A DNA stretch of 64,000 bases from assembly GCF_009914755.1 (NCBI RefSeq), contig NC_060927.1. One strand, given 5' to 3'. The number at the start of each line of letters is the position of its first letter. Within the stretch, counting starts at the first letter, position 1. This DNA comes from the human T2T-CHM13v2.0 reference genome, Homo sapiens. The position numbers and the translations under genes are program-made. The notes beneath the pieces are model-generated. The model did no database searches and was not told the DNA's origin. It saw only the letters and a program-made list of their open reading frames with translations. This document shows positions 16,561-32,152 of the stretch, piece by piece.

Positions 16561-18569
16561 TTATGCAATCATTATCATCTGAAACTACTGACTAAGCATG
16601 ATCCACTCAGCATAATCTATGAGTTTAGTCAGAATGAGGTTTCTAAAACAAAAACCACTGCATAGTGAACGGCCAAGGCCACTGTCTGAAATTTGAGGAG
16701 CAATTATGCAGATATGGGGGCAACCAGATCTTTGATTTCTGGTCCATAGGCTTCCTGTCAACCTTTGATCCCTTCACCTGTATTAAAGGACAGCCAGAGG
16801 AAGAGGAAGAGGTAAGAGACATCACATAGTTTGCTACTGATCTGCTACATGATAAAAATTAGTGGAAATGAAGGGAGAATTTGAAACTAAACTGGGACTG
16901 AGAAGTTCTTAGAGTTTATCCCTGCTACTACTGCTGCACATTATCACAGTATTAATACGACTGTTGGGGAATAAATGCATTTAACAGTTAATGTGAACTC
17001 CACAGAAATAAATTACATGGCCAAATTGTTCACTAAATGCATTAATCCAGCTGTAAGGGACCTGCATCATAGCAATAATTGCACTGTCATTTCAAAGCTT
17101 TTAAAAGCTAATCAATCCAAATTATATCAACTTGACTTATACCTTCCCAGCAGCAGTACCTCAGTATTGCATAACAAATATACGATAAAAGACAGCTTCT
17201 GGCGTATTTGTAAAGCAGTTTAAAGCTTATGCATTTTTGGCTAACCTAAGACTTCCAGGGATAGGAAGAAAAAAAAAGACATCATGGCTCCACAGGTTTG
17301 ACCCAAGTTTTTCCCATTTTACTGTCTGAGCCAAACAATACAGTTAACTCACTTTATGTGCGTTCATAATATTTGCCACAAATATTGCTGCAATAGATAA
17401 AACCAGTACTTCAATCACAATAGTCAATAGAGTTCTACTGGGTAGCAAAAACTCCTCAGCACAACAGGAGACTTTTAAAATTCAAGCACTCTAAAACTTA
17501 GCAGCACCCCTGAGAGCCACAAATTGAGAGAGATTAATTCTGTGCTCCTGCACCCCTCATTACCAGGAGAGCTGAAGTAGGTCAAATGCAAGTTAATCTC
17601 CTAAATTCCACTTTTGTACATGCAAGTTAGGCCAGCCATTACTGTGTATGGGCTAATGTCTTTAAGCTATGTGCACACAAAATTAATAGACAGTTTGCCC
17701 AGCCAATATGAAATATAAATAAAAGTAAATGCCTTGAAGTGATTTTACATAACGACATGGCACGATAAAGTAACCAAGGAAATATCTGCATACACCTCTG
17801 TGCTATCTAGAGTCAACACTGGTGAAAACAATGAAAGCCAATTATCGAAAAGTTCTGAATTTTTCTCTGATAAACAATAACACACAGATGAACAAATTTC
17901 ATTTAATCCACCTATTTTGAAACATCTAATAGAAAAAAACTGCAAATATGATCTGCCTCCACCTCCCCCCACTTTTAAAAGAACAAGGCAAATTGCTCAT
18001 GCAGAGGGTGATGAAGTTTTAAGCGAAGCAAGACTGCCATCACTCTGTGAAGGTACAATGTTTTCCATTCTTTAGGGAAGGAAAAAAAACAAGGCATACA
18101 TGTCAGCACGAAGCTAGTAAAATCAGGACTCTGCTTGTCCAGAAGGCTCATAACAACCTAATTGCCTTACCTCTCTCAGACTGCAGCCAGGTCAAACTAT
18201 TTATTCTGTTTTCATTATGAACTGCATATTTTCAAAGTGGTAAATCTTGTGATTTCTTTGTAAAATTAAATGAACCATCATCATACATTCTGCAGGTCTC
18301 TTTTTAATTTTGAAAATGTTGTTTCACATTCTAACTTATTTCATATGATCCTAACAATAACCCAAGGTTGGGAGGATTCAAATGATAACGTATTATTCTT
18401 AATGTACTACAGTAAGAAATATTAAATTACCAAATTAATAACCACGATAGCTGAATTCTAGTCCTGCCTCGGTAGCTAACTAGATATGTGACCATGGGTA
18501 AGTCATTTTATGTCAGCAAGCCACAGGGGGAAAAAATGCACTTCAATGACAATTTAAAGAATAAAAAAA

Positions 18570-19480
18570 AATTACACATGATCCTTAACTACATGAAAAG
18601 AAATGCTTAACCTCACTCTTACTATAAAAAAAAATTTAAAATACTCCAAGACACTACTTAGTTACACACCATGCTGGTGTGTAAGAGTGGGGAAATAGGG
18701 ACTTCTATATGCTGCTCTCAGCATATAGTTCCATATATAGTTCCATGGTTGGTTAGCACAGCCATGGAAAATTGGCAGAACCTGAAATAGTTATAAATGC
18801 ATATGCCCTTTTGCTCCATGTACAGTTATTGATTTGGCATTGTTTGCAATAGCAAAAAAGAAATAAAAATAAAAGCAACCCAAATGTTTAATAATAGGGA
18901 AACCTTTAAACAAATTATGGTATATCCATTCAGTGGAATTCTATACAATAATTGATAAAGAATGAGGAGGTTCTCTACATGTGGATATGGAATGATCAGC
19001 AAGACAAATGGTTAACTGGAAAAAAGCAAACTGCAGAATGGTATACTCAGTCTATACTAATGTAAAAAAGAGAAACAACATATATGCATTTGCTTCTACA
19101 TGCATATCATATATTTAGAGAGATGATACACAATAAAAACATTGGTTGTACTTCATGGGGGGGCAGTTAGTGGATGGAGACAGGTATGTTTAGTTAATTA
19201 AATAAATATTTAAAAGAATTAGCTACATAGAGAAAGATATCCAAAATATTACTACAAAAATAAATCAAATAAGTGAATATATAGGTACACATTTGAAAGA
19301 AAAAGATTTTTGTCCGCATACACACAATGTCTGTGTGTGTGCATGCATTTTCCTGTAAACTTTTTGGAATGATATGCAAGATATTGTTGAAACTATAGAG
19401 AGACACGGAGTATTTACTAGGGGAAAAAAGACTTCTGCACTGCTTGAATTTTACTATATGCATGTGTTTCTTTCATAATC
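18570..19480 (+). mobile_element. Old L1 (L1ME-type) 3' region
   Basis: gtttgcaatagcaaaa...caacccaaatgt...aaattatggtatatccat...aaaaagcaaactgcagaat. Confidence 0.75.
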
Positions 19481-22179
19481 ATACTAACCACAAATAAAAG
19501 ACAAAAAATGAGGAGGAGTTAGAATTAACTGAAAGATATCTACAAGAGAAGTTATCTACCCTTAAATGAATTGAAATGACCCATAACAAAAGCATTCAAT
19601 TACTCTCACCTTCCCTTCTTCTGATTCAAATGTAGATGAGTTCACTTTGAAAAAGAAAATTTCTATTAGAAATTCTGTGTGGATGACAGGCCTCTGTGAA
19701 CATAAGAGCAAGAGCTCAGGGAATGGATTTGTCTGGTTCGCCACATAAACGCCCAATAAATACGTGTTGACTGACTGACAAGCCCCATTGCTAAGCATGC
19801 TACAGAATATGTGCAAAATAGCCTACTTGAGCAGTCTGCCATCCCATGAAGACATTCGATTCCAACAGGCTAGAACTTAATTGGAAAAATATGGGCAGAA
19901 CAGGATGACAAGACCATTCTAACAAAGTCCTCTGAAAATGGGCGATTATTTCTCTGCTTATCTACAGGGCATCTTCCCAGCAAGACACTGAGCCTTAAAA
20001 AAAAATATTTCTAGCAACCGAAATAACTCTATTCCATATGCATTTGTCAATGTTCCCTGAGAAAGCAGTGGTAGTGTATGTGAGAGTGGAGAAAGATGGG
20101 AATATTGCAGATTCTGTCTGTGTGTGCACACATGTGCATAAGGACCAGATGAGGTGAATGCCCTTAGAAAAATTAGTATGTTTTTATTCACTGAAGTAAA
20201 AAGAGGCTGTTTCTGGGTGTGGAGTGTGAAAAACAATCTTACTACTTTATAGTCACACCTCATAACATAATCCTGTAACACCTACTGACCCAGGATCTCC
20301 AAGAAAGGGATAGTGTTAATTCTATTGCACTTATGGGAAATTTGGGGAATATGTAGCCAAGATCCACCAGCCCTGAGGTCCTGACTCATAGCCTTAACTA
20401 TGAGATTTCCCTCCTGATTTGAGGATGAGTAGAATATACTCACACCTTTTCATGGGATTCTACCTCGTTCTTCTTCAGGAACTACAAAGCAATCCTTTAA
20501 AGATGAGTGGTATTAACACTGTAATTACTATTATTATTTATTTCATAAGAGAAGTAAACATTTTATATGTAGACTTCCTTGCCAGACAGCTAATGTAAAA
20601 ATGAATATTTCAATTCTGAGTCAAAGAAAAGATTAATAACTTCTACACATTTATTGCCATAGACCTTTTATTTGCAATCATTTCAAAAAACAGACTGTCT
20701 TTAAAACATTTTAGTCAAATAATTATGAAGAACAGAACAAATGCCTTAGAATGACTGCATCTTCAGCAGCATGATACATTACTATTTCGGTCTACCTCCC
20801 CCTGCCCTCATGTCATATTTGGGTACTTTTATTTTTCAAATATTGAGTTGTTTTACTGCCTGCACAGTTAAGGCTATGATTGGTTGTTAACCACTTCTCT
20901 AAATACTTCAGGAGACTGAGAACCAGAGTGGAACTGCATTTTTTTACATCAATATAAAGTCATGTTCACCCCCATTCCCCTCCCTCTCATCCTCCCCTTT
21001 CCCCCCTCCCCCAGTGTTTTTCTCCCTCACTTCTTAGACGCATTTGGTAACAATCAGGCTTTTATTTTAAGGAGCCCTAAGATAAGGTATCTGTGAGCTC
21101 CACACTTGGAGTAATTGATCACATTTGTTTCCTGTTCGTAGGTTAGACCCCTCCTTCTTGCTCTTTTTCTTTTTTTTAAACTTGGCATGTTTCTCATTAC
21201 CCTCTGCCTTGTTAGCCTAGTAGAAATTTTCTACTGTGGAGAGTGAAAACAGGACGATACTATTACAAACCTCGTCTAGTCGGTGACAGCAGCCCCTCTC
21301 TTTCTCCAGGAACATTGGGCCACTTCACGCTCTAGTGGGGGGCCCTCCTATGGATACAGGTATGCATGCCTGTAACTGAAGGAGGTTCTGTGGCATTTGC
21401 TTGGTGTTCACATGTTTAATTTTCACAGAACTGTGCTGATTCATACCGAGACTGTTCTCCAGGATGACAACATTGTTATCATATGACTCAAATTGCCCCA
21501 CCTCATTTCATTTGGGAATGTTAGCTCAGGTTCAATAACCATCAGCTGCCAATTCTGTAAAAGAAGACCTGTATATTTCCCGTCTATGCTTTCTAGATAA
21601 ATTGTAATCGGCAGCATTTTACTAGCCCTGTCAGGTGGGGCTTAATTGCAGATATTGTCTAAGGAAAGAAAAATGCAGAAGAATGAACGATCTTTTCTTC
21701 TTTGAGTCTCTGTGGGCCAATGAATATGAGACAGGGACTCAGTCATTTTCCTATCAAGGCTTCAATCACAACAATCCAAGTTAAAAACTCCAGTAACTCA
21801 ATGTAAAATGAAATGCAAGCCCTGCCATTATTTTCCTGTTTGGGGCTGAGAGAGATACCAAAATAAATTGTTTATAATGGCTACAATTCAATTAATATAT
21901 CTACTTATAATATCAATATTTATTTATAAAAATATGATAGAGTCTAATGAAGTGATATGCAGTTTATGCAAGAATCTTAACAAATAATCCTTTACCTGAG
22001 TGGTATTCCTTCAACATTCAAAGTTTCAAGACTATCTGAACAATTCCCTATTTTGTTTATTTGGTTGTTAGTTGGTTTTGTGCTTGTTATTCTCTTACAC
22101 TTCACATGTCAACACCTTTACATAAGCAGCCAACAAAAGCAGCATATTTTAACAGAACTAAAAATAAATTAAAATTCAG

Positions 22180-22335
22180 GAAGAGACTTGGAACCTGGTC
22201 TAAGCTCTACCCCCAAAGTAGTTGGGTGACCTTGAGCAAGTAACTGACCCTTCTTGACCTTCAGTGTCCTCATTTATAAAATGAGTAGGCTGGGCCAGAT
22301 GGCTCCACAGTGGCTTTCAGTGCTTCCTTCTCTGT
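22180..22335 (+). mobile_element. MIR3-like SINE
   Basis: gtgaccttgagcaagtaact...cttcagtgtcctcatttataaaatgag. Confidence 0.75.
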
Positions 22336-22392
22336 CATAACTAACATTGAGCTGAATCACACTGTAAAAGATTGAGTCTTCGAGATTTTCCA

Positions 22393-22690
22393 AGGCTATG
22401 TAGAATACAATAGCCAGTAGCCACATGCAGCTACTAAGTGCTTGAAATGTGGCTAGTCCAAATTATGAGGTGTTATAAGTGTGAAATACATACCAGATTT
22501 CAAAGATTTTAGTACAAAATAGGTACAGTATTTCAGTCATTTAGTTTTTGCATTTAGAAATTACAATATTTTGGATCCTCTGGTTAGATATATTATTTAA
22601 ATTATACCTTTTTTTTACTTTTTATAAATGCAGCTGTTACAACATTTTCAATTACTTATGTGACTCATGTTATATCTCTATCGGATGGTA
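22393..22690 (-). mobile_element. MER33 hAT-Charlie DNA transposon
   Basis: tagccagtagccacatgcagctactaagtgcttgaaatgtggctagtccaaatt...tgactcatgttatatctctatcgga, ~300 bp. Confidence 0.85.
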
Positions 22691-25600
22691 AAGTAATAAC
22701 AGGTCTATGGCTGTGTATTTACCACAGAGAGAATTAAAGTGGAAAGACTCTGAAATATTTTATTTACTGGGGGTCTTTCATAATAAAACAAAAATCTCTT
22801 GTTTTCTGGATAAAAATATCCAGGTCAAAGCCATCTCTGAAGCACCCATGCTACTCAATAAAGAACACTAAATGTTAAAAAGTGTTGTTTCATAAAATTA
22901 TAGTACTAGTAACCCACATATAACCTAAAGAGCTTAAAAATTGCCCCAAATCTCATAATTTTCTCATCTAACTAATCCGATTTACATTCCTGAACACCAG
23001 AATTATTCATTCATTATATTCTTTACAATGTTTATATTTTAAAAATTTAGAAAAACACATTAATGAAAAGATTTTTTTATATAAATTATCTTTTGTTTCT
23101 TAATATAGATGTACCCACTTTATTCTGACAATCCCTTTGCTGAAGAACTTCTGAAGGACTGTGGCTAAAGATCAAATCTTAACATATTTTTGTCAATGAA
23201 TACCTGGATAATTTAATTATTAAGGAAAAATCAAAGTTTTGTCTACATAAAAAAGTATTGCATATCTATATGATAGATATTTTAGTCAATAATTGCAATT
23301 TTGTATCTAAGGTGATAAATCTACACAGTAATGTATTTATGTATCTTTCTAGTAGGTATTAATATAAGAGAACTATTCATTATGCTAACAGTGAAGTCTA
23401 ACCCTCAAAAGAAGCATTATCTATTCCACATTAAAGTAAACCCAGTTAATACCTAAAATGAATGTTTTAAAGTACATAGAAAAATGATTCAGCAAAAATT
23501 ATAATTACAAAGCTGATAACGGTCATTTTTCTTTTGTTAATAATATTCAAATGTATCCCTTATTAAAATATGTAATCTTATTTTTACCACACTCTTTCTC
23601 AAGTGTTTGAATCTTTGACCATCCCCAGAACCTGACGCCTTGTCAGCCTATTGCAGGTAAAAGCTTTTGAAGATCTACCACTACTCTTGTCCTAATAAGG
23701 TCACTGACCTTTCAAGCTCAACTCCTACCACCCCCATCTTCATTTCCTCTCCTATCATTAGTCTGAAATGGCATCAACTACCTCTCAATTTTCCTTATCC
23801 CTTCAATGCCCCACCTCTTTAGTCCAAATTCACCTAATTAGGAACTTAATTTCCTTTTTTCTCTGATTGAGGAATTGATAATAGATGGACCCTATTCATC
23901 TTTGATTCACGGAAAACTGCAACAATGACCTCTTATTTAGGAAGGATAAGCATTTATTCTAGAAATTGTTTTGTGGAGGCCAACTACAGAACTAAGTAAA
24001 AGTGATGTTTTTATTTTTATTTTTTAGCTAAAACAGGGAAAGGAGAATCATTCAAATCTGATACGTTTTGTTTCTTTTACATTTCATTTTACATAGCCGT
24101 AGTTACTAATATTTAAAACAAGTAGATTTTCCTGTAAGGCAGAAAATAATTGAGTTCTAATAGAAGATCACTGAGTTAGATTTAAAGAAATATATTAATG
24201 GAAGTTAATAATTTCTTAAAACCGGTCATTTTTAACAATTTTATAAAAACAATCTCTCACACCAGAAAAGACATATGTGGGCTAGGTATCTACAAGTGGG
24301 AGTCACATATTAAAGGAGCTATCTCAGTAATTAGCTAACTTTACTATGAAATTATCTTCTTGACTCTGATGTGGTAGTTTAACTGTGGAGTTGTCTAACG
24401 TAAAAACTCAAAGCACATAAATATTCCTTGCAATATTTTTTTTCTGAAACTTGTTGGGGGGAAAAGTATGGCCTTAAGAGTTAGTGGTAGCAGAAAAACC
24501 AAACCAACAATTTTATTCCACCACTAAAATTTTTAATGTCTAATTTCATATCCTATTCATTCAGGGAGTGAAATAATCATAAACATCATAGTAAAGCTTA
24601 GAAGTGACAATCATAATAAACAGTAAAGACAAACCAACTTCATTTTGTCCAATAGGCATTTGAGCCCATACTCAGAGCATTCTGCAATAGGACTCAGGAC
24701 CAAATCATTTCACCAACATTTTTCTTGCAACGAAGCTATTCAACGCAGAAAAGAATTAGGGAAATAGATGACCTAAGAAGAGATGACAATTTCTTGATTA
24801 AAAATGTCCCTCTCAAGTACACAATCTTATCTCTCTCTGCTCTCTTTGGTGGCCCATTTGAGCTGAATGAGGGTTAGAGCTTTGCTGTCTGGACCAAAAC
24901 TATGCTGATGTGACTTAGAGCCTCTCCCCAAAAGGGAAGTTACATTGTTGATTTATCCCACGAGGCTACAATTTATTTTCATAAAAATAAAAATCACCAA
25001 AACAAGTTGCTAAAACACTGCTTTTTTCCTTCTCATTGAATAATTCATGCTACATAAGCCTAAGCATGGCCAAAGGATTTGGCTGTTTATAAGAGATAGC
25101 TAATGCTAAAATTGCCTCCAACTCAGTTATCTGGAAAGAAAGAAAATCATAGGATAATGAGTCGGGAATTAAGAAGAAAGCACTTTAAAACACAAAATTA
25201 AGTGAATCAACTACTTCATCAATTTTGGAAAATAATGTTAATACTATTTTTGCTTAGAAATAAAATCATTTATACCAAAAATCATTAATTATTAATAACA
25301 ATTAAAATGGAGAACTCACTCTAATTGAGACTGAGGAATTTAAATTCTGACTATCTTGGAGCCCCACATAAAAATGTTTCCAAATGGAGGACAATAAAAA
25401 AAGATCGGTTTTATACAAGTTGCCATATTTTTGCCTTCATCTCCTGATGCTACTCCAAGTTAACCCTAAATAAGTAATGTAAATAGCTAAGTAAAATTCA
25501 GAATCTTTTCCAAAAGGCAGTAGTGTTATAACATCAACCAAACCAGCTGGTATGTAGCCAAAACATTAGAGAGGGAAATAATTTTAAAATTAAAATAAAA

Positions 25601-28600
25601 TACTATCTTCTAATCATGAAGATAACCTTATTTTTTTCTTAGGTATCTTTTAAGAACTTGCATTTCCACAAGCCAATTACTGTCTTTATACAAAGCTTCA
25701 TATATAACAATACAAACTGTAAACTGACATGTTGTGAAGCTAGTTGAATTCATCACAACATAACTATAAATTTCTTCTCAAATCATTTAAATAGTATGAC
25801 ATTTCCCCCCAGTTCTTTTGTTGATAAGCAGAATACACTTTTTTTCCTAATATATAGGCAAGTCTCAAGTTTCTTAAGTAAATCAAAGAATATTTATTCA
25901 GTCCCTCCATAGCTAACCAGTAGATTCGCATAGCTGAAATCTTTTATTGCTTCTTTTCTTTCTACTTCACAAACCTGCTTATAGTTATTACATAACAACG
26001 TGAGTTATAAAGTCCTGAAGATTTTCCATTGAGAGTGGAATTAATCTCAATGTAAATCAAAGTAAAAAATTAAAATATTGTTAGAAAACAATAAAAACAA
26101 GATGTTATAGCATTTTTAATCCTAACACCAAAAATCTCAAACCCCAGTAAATAAGTTCATATTCACAGCATATTTTTGACTCACACTAACAATAATCCCA
26201 GAAAGATCTGCCATTCCCCTAGGCTACCCAAGAACATGTTAAATCTCAAAAACCTAATGCCTACAGTTTTTCTCTTTATTCCAAAAAACTAATCATTATA
26301 TCTCTTCCAAAGTTGCCAGAAATTCCTCAGTCCCCATAAAGCTTAATTTACTAGTTCATAATATTTCCATATTTATGTATTAAGCTACTTTCATAGGACA
26401 CAAAATGATATATTTTTCAAAATTGGCAGTTTCTATTTCTCTTTTTAAGTTTAGTTTGGTCGTATTACCCATAGGTTAAATCCTAGCCTAACCTTTAACT
26501 TGTATCTTGGAAATACCAAAAAGCTTGTACCTTTAGAAAATGTGTGCAAAGTTTAAAAGAATTCGTGTTTTATGGCTAATCATAGAACGCTGAGGACAGG
26601 TAAAATGCAAGGAATGTTGCTAGAACCTCAGGATGCCGAACCAAGTAAATGGATGCCATGAAAATACAGCTGTATATGTTTGCATGGGCATATGTTTGTT
26701 CAGTTTTTCCCCCCCTTCCTGAGCTGGGGCTTCAGCTTTAGGTCATTCTGCAAACAAGCCCCAGGAGACACACAATTACACTCCCCTGGAGACTGACCCC
26801 TTAGAGTGCCCACCTGTAGCCAAACACAGATAGCATCCCGGCGCAATGAATTAGCACTCTAAGCTGATTAGAGCAGCTCTGCACAACTCTATTTTATTGA
26901 CACAATGAAGAGAGGACAGAAAAGGGCCTGAAATGAGAAAATCATTTCCATGCTGACTGAATTAAAAGAACAAAAGAGCTCCTTGCAGTTGCAGCATTCA
27001 ATTTGTCGGGAAAAAAGGAAGCCACTTAATGGCTCACAATAGATCTGAGCAGACAGATGAAATTTAAAACTTCAGCATGAGTGCGATTAGCAGCGAAACA
27101 TATTCTAAATCATTTCCTCCATATGCATAATTTTGTTTGATTGTTTAGTTCTGTGTTTTACAAAAACACTGGGCTAGATGCTATCTTCAAACTGTCTTGA
27201 CTTTTCATTTTGCAAAATCACAGAACAGTTTCTCATTGTATGTTAATGTCCTTGGTGACAATATAAATTGAACACAACAAGTGTGGCTCATGTTTTCCTT
27301 TCACCTTTGGTTTTCAAAAGTGAATGTATAAACAGAGGTTAATTTGTGGAAACTAGGATTGCAAAGTAATCTTCTACCAAACAACTTGTAATTCAAAATT
27401 AAATAGATTATAGACAACAGAAGCACTTTGACATGGGGTAAAAAACAACCAATTATTGCACCCAGAGGCTAAAAATAAACTGCCATGTTAAAGTCAAATG
27501 TCATCACTGATGTCTTCTTTGGTTTAAAAGATAGCATTATTATCAGTAAAAGCAACACCGTTAAGACGGCAGTTTCCAAGTATATGTTCTTTTTACATTT
27601 TTGCTCAATTAACTATTGTTTTACTTGTTCTGACTTATAAATTCCTGAGTTAAATTGAATTTGAAATTGATGTCAAAAAATGATCACTTAATAAGCAAAG
27701 CTAACTTTTAGATATAAATACCATATAGCAGTGAAGATTCTCTAGAATATCATCTTTTTTTTTTCCAATTTTATAAGAAAAATCTAAATGTCTAAACCGT
27801 ATATGGAAAACAGAATTGATTTTCATGAAAGGATTGAATGTTTGTTTTTGATGGGGATTTTTCTCCTGCCAATGTTAATTTTCAGTGCCTAAAAATAAAG
27901 AGTAAAAGCAAAGGTCTTAGTTTTTAATTACTCAAAATTCACAGTTTCATTTTCCATGCCTAAGCTTCTTTTAAGAAAGCTTTTTTGTTTAAAGTGGCCC
28001 TTCAGACTTTTAACCTCTCATCTTGACTCCTAATTTAAATGAAGAAAATTCACTCCTTCTGTTCTTGAAACATTCTTTGCCAAGTGTTGAGGTGCAATGT
28101 AAATTGAGCAAAAATTGTAGAACAAATCAAAAGAAAAACAATTACTGTGAGATACTTTGAGATTCAAGACTTGGGGTACATTACTACTTAATTTGCTAAG
28201 TGTAATTTCCCCAGAGAAAAAAAACCAAGGTATTCTAAGGATAATAAAAGCACAAGTGATCTCCTCAACAGCTTCCATTTTCTTGACTAAATGAGGTAAG
28301 AGTTTTTTGTATAAAAAGAAACTATAAAGCTTGTGGATGTTTTAACAAAATCAACGTAGTGTAACTTTGCTGACAGCTTGTCACATTTCACTGACTGTCT
28401 GTCTGGGGTACCGCGATAACATCTGCATTCACTCAGTATGAGAGCCGAACATAAGACAAAAAAGTGGGCCCTGCCACGGACGGCTCCATCAGTCTGTCAG
28501 TTCTGACATGTCATCTGAATTTTTTGAATCACTAAACACTTTTGAGACTCTGGTACTTATTATCTTTTCTTAGTTTCTATACTCGCTCAGCAATGCTGGA

Positions 28601-31600
28601 AAATGTAAAATCTGCAAGCAAGGTAGTGGACGTCCCAGGCTTTTTGTTGTCTAATCCGTAGGCCCTCATTCATGCTCACTGTTAATCTCTTAAGACATTA
28701 TAAAACTGTTAGACAAAGAAATGTGAATACCTCTGCTTCTTTTGAGAATGGGAGGAAACCAAGGAAAATCAGGATCATGCTAAGCTATTCTTTTCATTAT
28801 GAAAATGGTAACTTAAACCTGTTGCATCAAATTATCTATAATTCCCCACGCTAAGGCAAATGTTTTTGAAGAATGAACAAGAGTAGTGTCACATAAAGAG
28901 AAAAATGATCACAGAATTTTCAAAATCTGCCAAATTTGATGTCAACAGAGCATTGAGATCCTTGTTGCCGCATTTCTGTTTCTATTTTTTATGCCATGGT
29001 ACATGACATATGGTTAAGAGGCTTTCATAAAAGCTCATAAAAAAGCTTACCAATACCCACTAGTAATCATTAAATAGTTTAGATAATTTTGCTCTTTATT
29101 AGGAATCCTGGGAACACTAAGAGCTATATAACAATAGCCTTAAAATGTGGCTAACATTCATTAAAGTGCTACACATCACAGATTTTAATGAGCAATTTTA
29201 TCCTCAAAACTGGAAAACCTTACAGCATTTTTCCTAAAAGGGTCAAATATAAGTAGATCCTCAGAGCTAGAGAGAATACTTACATGAACCACATAAAAGA
29301 GCCAAAGCTCCATTTCTACCTCCTGTTTGCAGTCAGTCATTCAGGACATTAAGTTAAAACTAGATGCATTTGCTTTCCAAGAAATCAAGACATAAGGAAG
29401 AGAGAAAATAATATTAAAATTAAGAGGCAATTTTTTTTCTGGACCTCAGATACCTAGTTCCCTTCTTCATAAGCACATGCTTAACACCTGCAAATAATTT
29501 CAGGTATAGACAAATGCCCTGCAAGGACTAATTACAGGTGTGCTTCCCACCTGCATCCTCAAAAAAAGACTAATTGTGCCTCAGATGGTCAAATCCTATG
29601 AATATTTGCTCTGAAGGAAGGTGACACATATATTAGATAGATAATTAATTTAACCAAAACCATTAGGTAAAAGGAGTTACACTGACATTTGCCTAAGGAA
29701 AAGAAAAGATAAATGAATGAAAACTAGAGAAAATAAAGACAGAAAAAGGGAAGAAAGGAAGCAAAAAGGAAGAGGTGAGGAAAAGAAGTCTATCATTTTT
29801 CACTGCTATATTCTCTGGGCATTTTGCAAACACGGTAGACACACCACACACACTTTGAAGTTAATATACTAATTAATTAATAATGAACAAAAATAAGAAT
29901 GAATTTTGGAACCATGTGTTATTTTATGCACTTTACCAGCGCCTTATGTAAATCCAACTTGAAAAACAATTTTGCATGCAAACAAAACCTCCCTAATTAT
30001 AAGCATGGGTAAATGCACTGGCACTGGCAAATCCACTACTGCAAACAGAAGACTTTGTGACTATTTCTCACTTTTCTTCTTTTGGCATATTGTCGTCTTG
30101 TAACTCTCTCAAGAGCTTTGATGTAATGTCATTTGCTTGATGTTTAGTCTGTGCCTAAAATGTCAGCTGTTTATTATTTTTACATTTCAGCGCTAACACA
30201 ATGGCACTTCAGAATAAAGGGCAGGGTTCTGACACATCTCAATGACCAAAGGACTTATATTAAATAGAGGTTTCCATTCTTCCTGAAAATACTAGGGCAC
30301 TCATTTTTTAAAACTTAGATAGACCAGTTTTCATTACTACATAATTTTCTTGTGACATTTTTGTAATCTACCTGTGAGTGGCCCTGTTTCAAATACTGTA
30401 TCGAGAGCCAGCTTATTACATCAAGAACTGTATGCCTTCTTTAGAGCCACAAAAAAAAAAAAAATCACCTTTTCCTTTTATAGAACAGAAGACCAAGATG
30501 GTAGAAGGGTTTTGAGCCCTAGGACAAGCAGACAAAAAGATAACTGTCCCAAAGGCAGTCTCTCTCCTTTCTAAACTGCTAAGCTTAAGGGCCTCCTAGG
30601 GAGGAAGAATTTAGGGCCTACACGAAAATTAACAGGTACTATTTAATGCATGAAAGAGTAAATATAGACAAAGTTTTCCAGGAGAACTGCATAAACTTAT
30701 AAGACTTATAACAAAGTTAAAAACGTAAGTGGCTTTCAAAAGGATAACAGACAAATCCACAGCAACAGAATCTTGGTGAGGAACAGCTGATGGTAGAAAT
30801 ACTATCTCATTTATGCTAAATTTTTAACCCTTACCCATGTGGGTAATGAATTCTAACATCCTACTGTGGCAATTAGTACTTCTTTTTCATCTATTTTTCT
30901 CAACTGGAACTAACTAATCCTCGAGCCTCATACCAACTCTACTAAATCTATTCTACCAGAATTTGGTTTAAAAACAGTCATGTTCAGCTATGTCTATAGC
31001 ACATATCACATCATAATTTTGCCTTTCTTTACAAAAGTTTTAATATTTTAAGTGTCACCTTACCTGATTATAGTAACTTCATCCTATTTCATGGAAACTG
31101 AAGGTGAAATAACTTATTTTTCTTTTCTCAACACAACTTAGAGGATTGCAATTGGCAATCAGTGCTCTGAGGTGCTTAGTTGGACTATACATAGAAACCA
31201 AAACTCTTCAACTATACTTTACAACTGTATCTTAGATTCTCAGTGAGATTCATAACAGATCTGTGGAGCAGAAACTAAAGTCAATTGGAGATCTATGTTT
31301 CTATCAATCAGTTATGGTAGGTGAGTAAGGAATCAAACTTCAAATGAACACTTGAGTGAAGCCCACCAAGTGACATCATATACCACCTCAGTATAGTACC
31401 TTTGGTAATGTGCCTGAAAAATCAGTGTTCAGGGGTCCTTATTGGAGCTCTATAATTTGAATCCTAACAACTCATGATTTTCATCAAGTGCTTTCTGTAT
31501 TTTTAACCTGGCTTATCTGTAGTCAAACTCAACTATTCTTCTACCTTTATATTGCTGACAATATTCTATAGAATGAATATCTTCAAAGGAGAATCTCCAT

Positions 31601-32152
31601 GCTTTGGAAGATACAAGCAAAGTGAAAATTCTCTTGTTAAAATGATATTCACATCTGGTGTTCTCAAGATTGATGCCTTTTCCAAGATTAAAAAAAGGCT
31701 CTAACTTCTTATTAAACATTCCAATTAAATGTATTACTAAATCCACACTGTTCTCAATGGAAGCCCCTGCATGAAGAGAGACCTTAGGCTATAGCAGAGT
31801 TTGAGTAAGTAAAGAATCATAGCATGTGGTAGTTTTGTGACAATTTAGTTCATACTGCAGATGCTAGCAGACATTAACATTCAGTCTTAATGGTTAGGAG
31901 AATTGAAAGGAGTTAACTACACTCCAGGGAAACCAGAGCCTCCTATAACTGGTCTTGCCCTTCAAGTTCTTCCTTGAGGAAGAATCTACCTACACTCAGG
32001 GAAACTCAACTTTGGGCTACTGTTACTTTCAACCATAAATCCTTAACCACATAATTCAAGTATACCCCTTCTAATATCCTGTGAGTTGGGCAGTTTGCCC
32101 TCCATTTCCAGTAGCATATATTTTGGAATTTCTCTGTAAGAAAAAAGCTCCT

